NCBI GenBank assembly: GCA_934089255.1
Contig: CAKOJI010000001.1
Span: forward strand, 14,572 to 78,571
From: an uncultured Bacilli bacterium
Lineage (GTDB): Bacteria; Bacillota_I; Bacilli_A; RF39; UBA660
Reading direction: 5' to 3'
Length of the DNA: 64,000 nt
Shown here: positions 31,350 to 41,573 of the stretch, one piece after another
Layout: every line of letters begins with the position of its first letter
Position numbering within the stretch: the first letter of the stretch is position 1
Made by a program: the position numbers and the translations under genes
The notes under the pieces: generated by a model
What the model was told of the DNA's origin: nothing
Database searches by the model: none
The model's input: only the letters and a program-made list of their open reading frames with translations

Positions 31350-33503
31350 TTATTTTATAGTGTAAGGATTTGTTTTTGTTCCATTTCCACTAGAAATTTG
31401 TATTCCTGATTTTAAATTTATTGTAGGTCTAAAAGTAGCTTCAGATTGAACAGAATATCCCAAAGATACATCAAAATTACCTTCATCCCCATATGTAAAT
31501 ACATAATCGTTCCAAGCAATATCAAGATAAACATTAGGAGAAATAGACCACCAAATTAATTTATTATTTTTCGCATAATTATTCAGCAAATAATGAGTGT
31601 AATTAGGTGCATCAGTAGTGCCTGCAAAAGACATTTCATCTGCTGTTAATGTTCCTACATATATTTCAGTATTATCATTATATTTATTTATTTTTGTTCC
31701 TGTACAGATTAGTGACGGCTTCTTATTTGTATAAATTCGTGTATTTGTTGCATAACAATAATCAGTATTCTCATTATAAAAACTACAAGAAGCGCCATTG
31801 TCATCAAAACATAAATTATTTGTTTTTAAATAATTGCTTACTGATTTACCAGTTCCTACTTTTGTTCCTAACATGGTTTGGAAATTTTTTAATGAATCAA
31901 AAAGTCCAACAAATCCATCTTCCTTTCCACCTGTATTATTTAAAAAGTCAAGAGATTTACAATCACTAGCTCCTTCATAACCATATACAATAGTATTTCC
32001 ATCACTCCAGTTACCAGTGTATGAAGAACTATTACATTCTGCACTTCTATCTTCTAATATTAACTTTGTAGAACCATCACCTTCAATTCTTACAATTTTC
32101 CAACACATTCCTGCAAAATTTACATAATTATCTTTAACGTCGCCTCTATAATAATAACTTGTTCCATTATCGTCTGGAGTTATACTTAAGGTACTCTCTC
32201 TAGATTCTGTTTTTAATGAACTACTACTTATTGTTGAATATTTTATAGTAGTTGTTATATCAGAAACATTAGTTGATATTTTATATATAAAATTTTGATT
32301 TTGAGTATCTGATAAAGTTGGTTTATCATAACTCCGTACTGCATATTTTCCTACTAAATTACTAACCATTGATGTTGTATATTTACTAGTTGCAACTATT
32401 GGATTTACCAAAGTAAATTTGCCAGTATTTTCATCAACTGTATAATCATCTGCATATGAAATATAATAATTGGTTGCACTACTCCATGATGAAGTGAATG
32501 ATGTTGGATCAGTTCCTTTTAAAACTTTTGAGGAAGATTCTTCAGCAGGTTTAGTTTTAGGTGTTTTTAAAAACTCTGTTCCATTTGTTTTATTTTTTGC
32601 ATTAGTTAATATATTATAAGCAAGTGTTCCTTCTTCAAATGGCATATAATCTTTTACATCACCTATATCAGTTGTTAATGTACTTGATATATTTGTTATA
32701 TTTATACTTATTGTTTGTGTATCACTTGTTACTGTTATCACATCTCCATTTACACTAGATGTAGAACCTTTATTGATTGTTATTTGTTTACTTCCTTTTA
32801 TTGTTCCTTTAGAATCTTTTACATATAAAGTATGAACTCCTGGTTCTACTGCTGGTATAAAATATTTGTTATCTCTTATTTGACTTGTTTTTGGATTACT
32901 TTGCATTTCTACATAGTCTCCGCTTGTTGCATTTGTAACATTACCAGTTATATCAACTATATCTGCTAAGTTATATATTTGTACTTTTGCAGATATGGTT
33001 TTATTCATATCTTCACTTTGATCTATATTCATTTCTTTATAGACTACTTTTAATTCATAACTTTGTGTTTCATTTACATCTATATTATTTGTTACAAGCA
33101 TTCCATTTTGTGTTGGAAATGATGTTTCAGTTTTACCATTACAAGTCTTTCCACTCACACTACTTGTACAAGTTAAAGTATATACCATATCACTTGTTCT
33201 ACTTAGTGTATTTACTAATTCTTCTAAATATACTGCATAGTTGTTTACAGTTGCATTTCCTTCATTTTTAACTGTAAACGTTTTAGTATCTATTGTTGTA
33301 CCAGGCTGTATTTTTTCTGCAGTTATATCCCCGTTTCCATCTCCGTATGTTAATTTTAAATCTGCTGTTGTAACACTTATAGATTTAGTATTTGTGTTAC
33401 CTTGTATTCTAGTTAAAAAGTATGCATATGTTAATCCTACAAGTATTAGTAACACTATAAATATTCCTGTTACACTTATTATAATCTTTTGTTTTCTATT
33501 CAT
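31350..33503 (-). CDS. large secreted protein: SipW-cognate-type signal, TasA/camelysin-like N-domain, shared C-terminal module (paralog P1)
   Basis: MNRKQKIIISVTGIFIVLLILVGLTYAYF resembles the SipW-cognate class signal (GGGT[FW]A[AF]F pattern). Following segment LKLTYGDGNGDITAEKIQPGTTIDTKTFTVKNEGNATVNNYAV is TasA-like. C-terminus YYYRGDVKDNYVNFAGMCWKIVRIEGDG...GNGTKTNPYTIK. GGAAGGTGAG RBS. Confidence 0.7.
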   Translation of the reverse strand: MNRKQKIIISVTGIFIVLLILVGLTYAYFLTRIQGNTNTKSISVTTADLKLTYGDGNGDITAEKIQPGTTIDTKTFTVKNEGNATVNNYAVYLEELVNTLSRTSDMVYTLTCTSSVSGKTCNGKTETSFPTQNGMLVTNNIDVNETQSYELKVVYKEMNIDQSEDMNKTISAKVQIYNLADIVDITGNVTNATSGDYVEMQSNPKTSQIRDNKYFIPAVEPGVHTLYVKDSKGTIKGSKQITINKGSTSSVNGDVITVTSDTQTISINITNISSTLTTDIGDVKDYMPFEEGTLAYNILTNAKNKTNGTEFLKTPKTKPAEESSSKVLKGTDPTSFTSSWSSATNYYISYADDYTVDENTGKFTLVNPIVATSKYTTSMVSNLVGKYAVRSYDKPTLSDTQNQNFIYKISTNVSDITTTIKYSTISSSSLKTESRESTLSITPDDNGTSYYYRGDVKDNYVNFAGMCWKIVRIEGDGSTKLILEDRSAECNSSSYTGNWSDGNTIVYGYEGASDCKSLDFLNNTGGKEDGFVGLFDSLKNFQTMLGTKVGTGKSVSNYLKTNNLCFDDNGASCSFYNENTDYCYATNTRIYTNKKPSLICTGTKINKYNDNTEIYVGTLTADEMSFAGTTDAPNYTHYLLNNYAKNNKLIWWSISPNVYLDIAWNDYVFTYGDEGNFDVSLGYSVQSEATFRPTINLKSGIQISSGNGTKTNPYTIK

Positions 33504-33700
33504 TGTATCTCACCTTCCTAAACACAAAAAATTATATTATATATATCCTCTTTAAAAGCGATCTAAAAGGTTGACAAATTTCTATGAGAGGAAAGTTATA
33601 TAATTTTTTATAATAAATAGATTTTTTTATTTTGCTAACGTTGAGTAGTTTGCTACCCTAGTAAAAATATATCATTATTTAATTATTTTTTAAATATATT

Positions 33701-35089
33701 TTATTCTATAACGTAAGGATCTTCTTTAGTACCTAACCCTGTAACTGTAACATTATTTTTTATATTTATTACAGGTCTAACATTTAATTCGTTTTCTACA
33801 TCACTTGCTTCTATACCCGTCTTACTATTAAATCCTACTACTTTAGCACAATTATTATCAAAACTATATGGTGTCATAGTCCACCAATTAGTACCATTAT
33901 TTAAATAAGTTTCTGTTTTATTTGAAGTAGCATAATACAATTCTTCAGCACTTAATAATCCAATATTAAGTTCATATTTAGAAAAATCTAAATCATTACA
34001 AATTAATATTTTATCATTAGAAGTGTATTTGTATAATGTTTCATTTTTACCATACCCTAAATAAGTTTCTATAATACCTTTATTACCACAATAACTATTT
34101 TTTACAATACTATTATAATTAATAAGTTCTGTACTATAAAAATTATCTAACGTATTCTTTATAACACTATTATTAACATTTTTATGTGTTAATTCATAAC
34201 TACTACTATTTACATCCCCATACGTATAACCAACATAAGCATTATCATTATTTAATGAATTAAATTTACTTAATCCAATAGTATCATCTAATATTAAACG
34301 TACAGTATCATTACCATTAATTCTAACTATTCTCCATAACTTATCAGCTATCAAAACATAATTATTATTAACGTTTCCCTTATAATAATAAGTTACTCCA
34401 TAATTATCTTCTATTTTATATAAATTAGATTCAATATTACTATCAATATCTAATTCAGGATTAATTGGTAATTCTACTATATTTCTTGATTTTAATATAG
34501 TTTCAATAGTAGGTAAAATATTTGTTTTATTATAATTTATTTCATTAATATATTTATTTATAATTTTATATTGTAAAGATTCTTTATTATTTTCATATAA
34601 TTCATTACTATATTCTATATCATATTTATTAACACTATTTATATTATTTATTTTTAAATAGTTATCTATATCATAATTTAATGTAGTATAATTACTATCT
34701 AATTTAAAATCAACTACTATATCTTTATCACTTAAATTACTTACTTTTAAATATATATCTTTTTCTTCTGATTCATTTAAAGAACCATATATATTGTTAT
34801 TAGTAGTATTAACTACTGATACAGAAAAATTATCATTAGATGTAGCAATTAAGCCATAATTAATACTAACTTTACTTGTATTTTTTATTTTTTCTTTAAT
34901 AACGTATTCTTTATTAGCTTCCAAATTTAAACTAGTAATACTTAAATCAGTAGTTATAGTAGGTACTGTAGACGTTACTACATCTTTTTCTTCAGTTTGG
35001 ACAAATAAACTATAACTTAAATTTAATACATAACAACCTAATATCATAACAATTGCACTTAGAAAATATATTTTTTTAGTCTTGTTCAT
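33701..35089 (-). CDS. secreted protein with SipW-cognate-like signal and the shared C-terminal module (P3)
   Basis: MNKTKKIYFLSAIVMILGCYVLNLSYSLF..., then YYYKGNVNNNYVLIADKLWRIVRINGND...GLGTKEDPYVIE at the C-terminus. AGGAG RBS. Confidence 0.65.
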   Translation of the reverse strand: MNKTKKIYFLSAIVMILGCYVLNLSYSLFVQTEEKDVVTSTVPTITTDLSITSLNLEANKEYVIKEKIKNTSKVSINYGLIATSNDNFSVSVVNTTNNNIYGSLNESEEKDIYLKVSNLSDKDIVVDFKLDSNYTTLNYDIDNYLKINNINSVNKYDIEYSNELYENNKESLQYKIINKYINEINYNKTNILPTIETILKSRNIVELPINPELDIDSNIESNLYKIEDNYGVTYYYKGNVNNNYVLIADKLWRIVRINGNDTVRLILDDTIGLSKFNSLNNDNAYVGYTYGDVNSSSYELTHKNVNNSVIKNTLDNFYSTELINYNSIVKNSYCGNKGIIETYLGYGKNETLYKYTSNDKILICNDLDFSKYELNIGLLSAEELYYATSNKTETYLNNGTNWWTMTPYSFDNNCAKVVGFNSKTGIEASDVENELNVRPVINIKNNVTVTGLGTKEDPYVIE

Positions 35090-35164
35090 TTAAACTCCTA
35101 CTCTCTATAATTTAGTATAAAATAAATTTTATATTTTTTCAAGAAAAAACTAGAATAAATCTAG

Positions 35165-36592
35165 TTAATATTGTTTTCCAAAATATATTTTAGTTTTAGC
35201 ATCTTTACCACATACAATACAAGCACTATCTGGATCACTTATATTTTCAGGAATACAACGTGATTTTAAACCTAATTCTTCTTTTATTTTATCTTCACAT
35301 TCAACATTACCACACCAATTAACTAGTGCAAAACCAGGTTTATTTAATGCAATGTCTCTTAATTCTTCATAAGTTTTAACATCATTATATAACATAGAAT
35401 TACGTCTTTCCAATGCTCTATTATATAAATTATGTTGTATTTCAATAAGTAATTCATTTATTTTATTAATTGCATCACTTTTTTCTATACTTAATTTTTC
35501 TCTAGTATCACGTCTTACAAGTGTAACTAAATTATTTTCTAAATCTCTAGGTCCAATTTCAATTCTAATTGGATATCCTTTTACTTCACTATTTGCAAAT
35601 TTAAATCCAGGAGATTTATCACTTCTATCAGTTACAAAAGATATATTGTTTGCTCTTAATCCATCTTCAAAATATTTAACAGCATTAAGTACTTCTTCAG
35701 ATTCTTTAATTGGAATAATTGATACTTTTATAGGAGCAATATTTGGTGGTAAAACAAGACCATAATCATCACTGTGTGTCATAATTAATCCACCCACCAT
35801 ACGAGTAGAACATCCCCAACTAGTTTGATGAGGTATTTCTAGTTTATTTTCTTTATTTAAAAACTTAATATCAAATGCTTTTGCAAAACCTTGCCCAAAA
35901 TAATGACTAGTTCCATTTTGAAGTGCTACCCCATTATACATCATTGCTTCTATTGTATAAGTTTCTTCTGCACCAGCAAATTTTTCTTTATCACTTTTTT
36001 TACCAACAATTACTGGCATTGCTAAATAATTTTTTTGAAAATCTTCATACACTTTTAACATACGAATAGTTTCTTCTCTCGCTTCTTTTTCTGTTGCATG
36101 CATAGTATGACCTTCTTGCCATAATATTTCACGACTACGTAAAAATGGTCTAGTTTCTTTTTCCCATCTAACTATAGTACACCATTGATTATATAAAACA
36201 GGCAAATCTCTGTAACTCTTAATAATCTTTTTATAGTGATCACAAAATAATACTTCACTAGTAGGTCTTACACACATTCTTTCATCTAACTTATTAACTC
36301 CACCTTCTGTTACCCAAGCAACTTCTGGAGCAAAACCTTCTACATGATCTTTTTCTATATTTAATAAAGATTCAGGAATAAACATTGGCATTTGTACATT
36401 AACATGTCCAGTTTCTTTAAACTTTTTATCTAGTACTTCAACCATTTTTTCCCATATTGCATAACCATACGGTCTTATAATCATACTACCTTTAACACTA
36501 GAATAATCAACTAAATCAGCTTCTCTTATAATATCATTATACCATTTAGCAAAATCTACATCTCTACTTGTAATATTTTTATTATCTTTCAT
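35165..36592 (-). CDS. proS: proline--tRNA ligase (archaeal/eukaryotic-type class II)
   Basis: MKDNKNITSRDVDFAKWYNDIIREADL... and class II motifs; GAGGAG RBS before the second ATG. Confidence 0.85.
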   Translation of the reverse strand: MKDNKNITSRDVDFAKWYNDIIREADLVDYSSVKGSMIIRPYGYAIWEKMVEVLDKKFKETGHVNVQMPMFIPESLLNIEKDHVEGFAPEVAWVTEGGVNKLDERMCVRPTSEVLFCDHYKKIIKSYRDLPVLYNQWCTIVRWEKETRPFLRSREILWQEGHTMHATEKEAREETIRMLKVYEDFQKNYLAMPVIVGKKSDKEKFAGAEETYTIEAMMYNGVALQNGTSHYFGQGFAKAFDIKFLNKENKLEIPHQTSWGCSTRMVGGLIMTHSDDYGLVLPPNIAPIKVSIIPIKESEEVLNAVKYFEDGLRANNISFVTDRSDKSPGFKFANSEVKGYPIRIEIGPRDLENNLVTLVRRDTREKLSIEKSDAINKINELLIEIQHNLYNRALERRNSMLYNDVKTYEELRDIALNKPGFALVNWCGNVECEDKIKEELGLKSRCIPENISDPDSACIVCGKDAKTKIYFGKQY

Positions 36593-36662
36593 ACATAATC
36601 TCCTCAATACACCTAATTATATCATAAAAACATAAAAAAAATATACTTTTTATATAAGTATA

Positions 36663-37493
36663 TTATTTTTTATAACTATTTTTAAAATTTTTCTTCAACA
36701 CATTAATTTCTTCTTTATCTATTGGTAAACCATAATTAACTTTATCTTCAATCGAAATATTATCACAACTATTCTTTTTCATAATTTTATTATATTTATC
36801 TATCATATATATCTTAGAAAAAGTTTCTTTTATAGGACAATATTCATTACTATAACCTAATAATTTATATCCATTATATAAATCATTTAAAATATTATTA
36901 CATTCTTCATCTTTATTAATAATAGATAGTTTAACTAACGGTTCTAACGCTTCTATATTAGCATTTCTTTCTACAAAATAAATATCTTGATTTAACTTAT
37001 AAAATATAAGAGCAATTATTCTTCTAATTTCTTTTATAGGTCTAGGGAAAACATATTCTTTACTATTCACTATTTCAAATATTATTTTATAAAATTGTTT
37101 CATAACTTCAAAACCCTCAACTTTATTATTATAAAGCAAATATTGATAAGAGTGTTCTATCTCATGTAAAAGTGTAAACAAAGTTAAATACGTTCTTAAA
37201 CTTTTCAAATCATTAACTTTATAACTTCCTGATAAATCATTTAAATTAACATCCAACCATTCATTAAATTTATTTAATGAAATAATGATTTTTTCATATT
37301 TAGGTATAAAAACTGGAGTTCTATTACCCCTTTCATTAATATTACTATTAATTAATATTTCTCCATTTTCTCTAGGAATAATTTTTTCTACTAAAGAAAC
37401 TATATTTTTTATACTTAAACCATTATTTTTAATATCATCAAAATAATATTTTAACATATCATAATCTTTACTATTCTTTATAATATTTGACAT
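36663..37493 (-). CDS. hypothetical protein with HExxH motif (putative metallopeptidase-like)
   Basis: LLHEIEHSYQY; otherwise no match recognised. Confidence 0.4.
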   Translation of the reverse strand: MSNIIKNSKDYDMLKYYFDDIKNNGLSIKNIVSLVEKIIPRENGEILINSNINERGNRTPVFIPKYEKIIISLNKFNEWLDVNLNDLSGSYKVNDLKSLRTYLTLFTLLHEIEHSYQYLLYNNKVEGFEVMKQFYKIIFEIVNSKEYVFPRPIKEIRRIIALIFYKLNQDIYFVERNANIEALEPLVKLSIINKDEECNNILNDLYNGYKLLGYSNEYCPIKETFSKIYMIDKYNKIMKKNSCDNISIEDKVNYGLPIDKEEINVLKKNFKNSYKK

Positions 37494-37570
37494 AACAAAC
37501 CACCTATTTAGTTATTTATTGTATAACAAATAACATTTATTATCAAGAAAAAAACACAATTTATATGTGT

Positions 37571-37702
37571 TTATTTTTCATAATTATAAGTCATTTTTAT
37601 TTGATTTAATGCTTTTTTATTATTTTTTAAATAAAAATATGCTCCTGTACCAAGTCCAGCCATAATTCCCATAGTCATCATAGTTTTACCAAATGCTTTC
37701 AT
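37571..37702 (-). CDS. small membrane protein (43 aa)
   Basis: MKAFGKTMMTMGIMAGLGTGAYFYLKNNKKALNQIKMTYNYEK; AAAGGAGAG RBS; sits between recD2 and the HExxH gene. Confidence 0.45.
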   Translation of the reverse strand: MKAFGKTMMTMGIMAGLGTGAYFYLKNNKKALNQIKMTYNYEK

Positions 37703-37737
37703 AATATCTCTCCTTTAACTTTATTATGTACACATTT

Positions 37738-39909
37738 TTATATATTATTCATAACTAAGTCTTTTAAATTAGTCTTTCTAATCTCACTATAATCATTATT
37801 TACTGAATAAATAAATGCTTCACTACTACCAATTATTATTAAACTTTTCTTAGCACGTGATACACCAGTATATATTAATTTATTATATAACATTTTATTA
37901 TACGTTTTACTTATAGGCATAATAACATGATCAAACTCACTACCCTGCGCTTTATGTATAGTTATAGCATACGCATGCTTTATACTAGATAATTCTTCCT
38001 TTTTAAAAGAAACAATATTATTATCAAAATTAACTTTAATAAAATCACTCTTACTATTTATATCTATATCATATATAAAACCAATATCTCCATTATAAAT
38101 ACCCTTATCTACATCATTTACTAAGTTTAATACTTTATCATTTACTCTATATATTATAGGTCCAATAACAACTTCTTTTAAATGATTACTATGTGGATTA
38201 AATATATTTTGTAATATAATATTTAAATTATCTATACCAATCTCACCCTTATACATAGGTGCAAGTATTTGAATATTATTTTCATCTAAACCTTTATTAA
38301 TAGACTTATTAGCAATATCAACTATTAAATCTTTAATACTTCTAGTATTACATTCTATAAAATTATAATCATCTTTTTTATCTAAATAATCAGTTACATT
38401 TTTATTTTTAATTTCACTAGCTAAAACAGGTATATAAGAATTCTTACTTTGTCTATATATATTATTTAATTTTATATGATTAAATTTATTAGAATTTATT
38501 AAATCATTTAATATTAATCCAGGAGATACACTTGGTAATTGATGTTCATCACCTACTAAAACTAACTTTATATTCTTTCTTATACCTTTTAATAAACTAT
38601 CAAAAAGAACAGTATCTATCATACTAGTTTCATCTACTATAATAAGTTCTTCATTAGTTTTATTAAATTCATTTATCCCAAACGTATTATTATCTTTATT
38701 CCATTTTAAATATCTATGTATAGTAGAAGAACCATACCCAGTAGTCTCACTCATTCTTTTACTAGCCCTACCAGTAGGAGCAATCAAAGCAAGTTTCATA
38801 TTTAAAGCATCATCACTATATTTATAAACACTTTTATATAAATTAATTATACCTTTTATTATAGTAGTCTTACCAGTACCAGGTCCACCAGTAATTATTA
38901 CTATATTATCATGAAATATGCTCTTTATAGCATTTTTCTGTTCTGTATTATAAGTAATATCTAAACTACTTTCTAAATCTTTTATCTTTTTATCTAAATT
39001 TTTTTCTAAATGTATAGGAGATAATTTAATTTCTTTTAACCTATCAACTATATCTATTTCAGCATCATAATATTCTTTTAAATAATATTTATCATTATCT
39101 ATAACAATTTTATATTCATTAGATAACATGCTAAAATATTCATCACTACTTATTTTAATATTAAATTCATCATTTAATGCACGTATTATTTCTTCTTTAT
39201 AAGAATACGTATCTCCTGTATTAAAAGTTATTCTTTTCATAGTTTCTACAATACAAGCTAATATTCTTAAATTAGTAGTTTCTTTATAAATACTTAAATA
39301 TATTCTATCTAAAGTTTTAAAATCTATATCATTTATTAAACTATATATATTATTTTCTACTATATTAAGTATTCCATTACCATATATATTAATAAGTTTT
39401 AAACTATCTTTAATACTAAAACCATATTCTTTTAATTTAATAATAGTCTCATTAGACTCATAATATTTTAATATTGAATTATAAATACTTTTCTTTTTAG
39501 TTTCTGATAATTTTGGTATTAAATCTAAATTATTTATATTATCCTTTATTTTTTCAATAGCATTATCTCCTAGTATCTCAACAATTTTAATTGCAGTTTT
39601 TTCACCACATCCTTTAATTAAAGAACTAGTTAAAAATTCTATAATTGCATCTTTTCCAGAAGGTAAAACTTTTTCATAACTAGCAACACTATATTGATAT
39701 CCATATCTGTCGTGATATACTAAAGAACCATATAATATATAAGTATCATCATTATTTAATGTATCAAAATAACCAGTAAAAGTTATAGTTTTTTTTATAA
39801 AGTTTTCCATCTCTGGATCATCAGTTACACTTATTTTAAATAAACCAACATTATATCCAGTATCACTTTTAAATATAGATTGTTTAAATTTACCTTTTAT
39901 ATAGTTCAT
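37738..39909 (-). CDS. recD2: ATP-dependent RecD-like DNA helicase (RecD2)
   Basis: 723 aa; Walker A ITGGPGTGKTT; SF1 helicase motifs. Confidence 0.85.
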   Translation of the reverse strand: MNYIKGKFKQSIFKSDTGYNVGLFKISVTDDPEMENFIKKTITFTGYFDTLNNDDTYILYGSLVYHDRYGYQYSVASYEKVLPSGKDAIIEFLTSSLIKGCGEKTAIKIVEILGDNAIEKIKDNINNLDLIPKLSETKKKSIYNSILKYYESNETIIKLKEYGFSIKDSLKLINIYGNGILNIVENNIYSLINDIDFKTLDRIYLSIYKETTNLRILACIVETMKRITFNTGDTYSYKEEIIRALNDEFNIKISSDEYFSMLSNEYKIVIDNDKYYLKEYYDAEIDIVDRLKEIKLSPIHLEKNLDKKIKDLESSLDITYNTEQKNAIKSIFHDNIVIITGGPGTGKTTIIKGIINLYKSVYKYSDDALNMKLALIAPTGRASKRMSETTGYGSSTIHRYLKWNKDNNTFGINEFNKTNEELIIVDETSMIDTVLFDSLLKGIRKNIKLVLVGDEHQLPSVSPGLILNDLINSNKFNHIKLNNIYRQSKNSYIPVLASEIKNKNVTDYLDKKDDYNFIECNTRSIKDLIVDIANKSINKGLDENNIQILAPMYKGEIGIDNLNIILQNIFNPHSNHLKEVVIGPIIYRVNDKVLNLVNDVDKGIYNGDIGFIYDIDINSKSDFIKVNFDNNIVSFKKEELSSIKHAYAITIHKAQGSEFDHVIMPISKTYNKMLYNKLIYTGVSRAKKSLIIIGSSEAFIYSVNNDYSEIRKTNLKDLVMNNI

Positions 39910-40007
39910 ATGATCACCTAATTATATATTATAAATAATTTTTCTTTCTAAATCAATATAACATACATTTGTTCTTATGACAATATCATTTTAAAAAAAA
40001 ATATAGA

Positions 40008-40442
40008 TTAATCATCTATATCTAATTTATCTATATCATCAACTAAATCTAATTGTGTTTCTAAAATATCTCTTAATCTTTTCTTAAATGTAATTATATT
40101 TCTTCTTAATTTTTCAGCATCTCTTCTAGCATTACTAGCTTCTAACAAAGCATTATTTACTATTCTATCAGCATTTCTTTTTGCATCTTCTATTAAATTC
40201 TTAGATTCACTTCTTGCAGAATTTCTTATTTGTTGTCCTGCATCTTCTGCAACTAACAATGCTCTATTAAATGTACTTTCTAGATTCTTATAATGTTCTA
40301 ATTCTGCTTTTAATTTATCTATTTCTAAATCTTTAGCTTTCATATTATTAATCATAGTTTCAACTTGTTTAATAACATCATCTAAAAATTTATTAACTTC
40401 TTCTTTTTTATACCCAGTAAAAGAAGTACTAAATTTTTCCAT
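40008..40442 (-). CDS. divIVA: cell-division initiation protein DivIVA
   Basis: FTGYKKEEVNKFLDDV N-terminus and coiled coil. Confidence 0.8.
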   Translation of the reverse strand: MEKFSTSFTGYKKEEVNKFLDDVIKQVETMINNMKAKDLEIDKLKAELEHYKNLESTFNRALLVAEDAGQQIRNSARSESKNLIEDAKRNADRIVNNALLEASNARRDAEKLRRNIITFKKRLRDILETQLDLVDDIDKLDIDD

Positions 40443-40462
40443 ATAATCACATCCTAATTATT

Positions 40463-40879
40463 TTAGAAATCTATTTCATTATCATAATTTGTTTCGTTTT
40501 TTTCTTTTTTTTCGTTCTCACTCATTTTACCTTGAATATTTACATTATTAGGTGTACACAAATAAATACCATTACCTAGTTTTTGTAAAGAACCACCAAT
40601 TGCATAAATACAACCAGTTAAAAAATCTATTAACCTCTTTGCTTGATCTGATGTAACTCTTTTCAAATTAACTACAACAGTATTTCTATTTTTTAAATAA
40701 TCCGCTATTTGTTGACTTTCAGAATAAGCTCTTGGTTCTACAAGTATCATCTTACTACCATTTTTGCTTTCTTCTTCTTTTAATTGTTTATTACTCATTG
40801 TATAAAAACTATTTTCTACATTTTCATTATTATTATCATCACCAGTAAATAGTGCTTTTTTTATGCCTTCAAACGCCAT
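40463..40879 (-). CDS. sepF: cell division protein SepF
   Basis: ILVEPRAYSESQQIADYLKNRNTVVVNLKRV...AIGGSLQKLGNGIYLCTPNNV matches SepF. Confidence 0.85.
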   Translation of the reverse strand: MAFEGIKKALFTGDDNNNENVENSFYTMSNKQLKEEESKNGSKMILVEPRAYSESQQIADYLKNRNTVVVNLKRVTSDQAKRLIDFLTGCIYAIGGSLQKLGNGIYLCTPNNVNIQGKMSENEKKEKNETNYDNEIDF

Positions 40880-40965
40880 AATTATATCCTCCTATGATTT
40901 ACTATTTAAGTATATCACAAGTTATTATCGATAGCAAATAAAATTTTAAAAAAGAAATACACTAA

Positions 40966-41559
40966 TTATTCATATTCATTATTTAATTTAGGTATTTCAA
41001 TTCGAGGTGTTAAAAATAATTTTATTATATTTATTATTATATTAGTAACTATCCATACTATAAAAACCATACTAGATAATTCAAATATACTTAATAATAA
41101 ATCCTGTTCATATATTTTTGTAATAGTACTTAAATCAACAGTAATATCTTTCATAGCAATAACATTTGTTATAAATAAGAATTCTATAAAAATAGCAACC
41201 CATATATTTATATTTTTTTGTACACCTTCATATTTTTTAATAGAATATATTTGAAAAAATATAGTAATTAATATCATAGTAAAATACTCTATTAAAGAAG
41301 GAAAATAAGCTAGTTTAACTAAATTAGTTATATAAGTATCAACTATATTAAGTAACGGTTTATAATATTCAAAAGTACCATATAAAAGTATTAATATAAT
41401 TGTTATAGCATATAACCTCTTAGTACTTTTACTATTATTACCATATATTAAATCTATTAATATTATTAAAACTAATAATAATATCATAAATATAAAAGAA
41501 TTATCTTTTATAAAACTATATATTAAATTAATTTTATTTAATATAGTAGTATCAACCAT
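40966..41559 (-). CDS. polytopic membrane protein, unknown function
   Basis: 197 aa, 5-6 TM segments. Confidence 0.45.
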   Translation of the reverse strand: MVDTTILNKINLIYSFIKDNSFIFMILLLVLIILIDLIYGNNSKSTKRLYAITIILILLYGTFEYYKPLLNIVDTYITNLVKLAYFPSLIEYFTMILITIFFQIYSIKKYEGVQKNINIWVAIFIEFLFITNVIAMKDITVDLSTITKIYEQDLLLSIFELSSMVFIVWIVTNIIINIIKLFLTPRIEIPKLNNEYE

Positions 41560-41573
41560 AATATCACCCCATT

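Noticed and set aside
31649-31969. Antisense ORFs inside the large secreted-protein genes (31649..31969, 32987..33271, 33241..33555, 56700..56894, 58131..58337)
   Set aside because: They lie wholly within and opposite much longer, motif-bearing CDSs and are F/Y/L/H-rich, the typical antisense translation of AT-rich coding DNA. Their apparent duplication only reflects the P1/P2 gene duplication.
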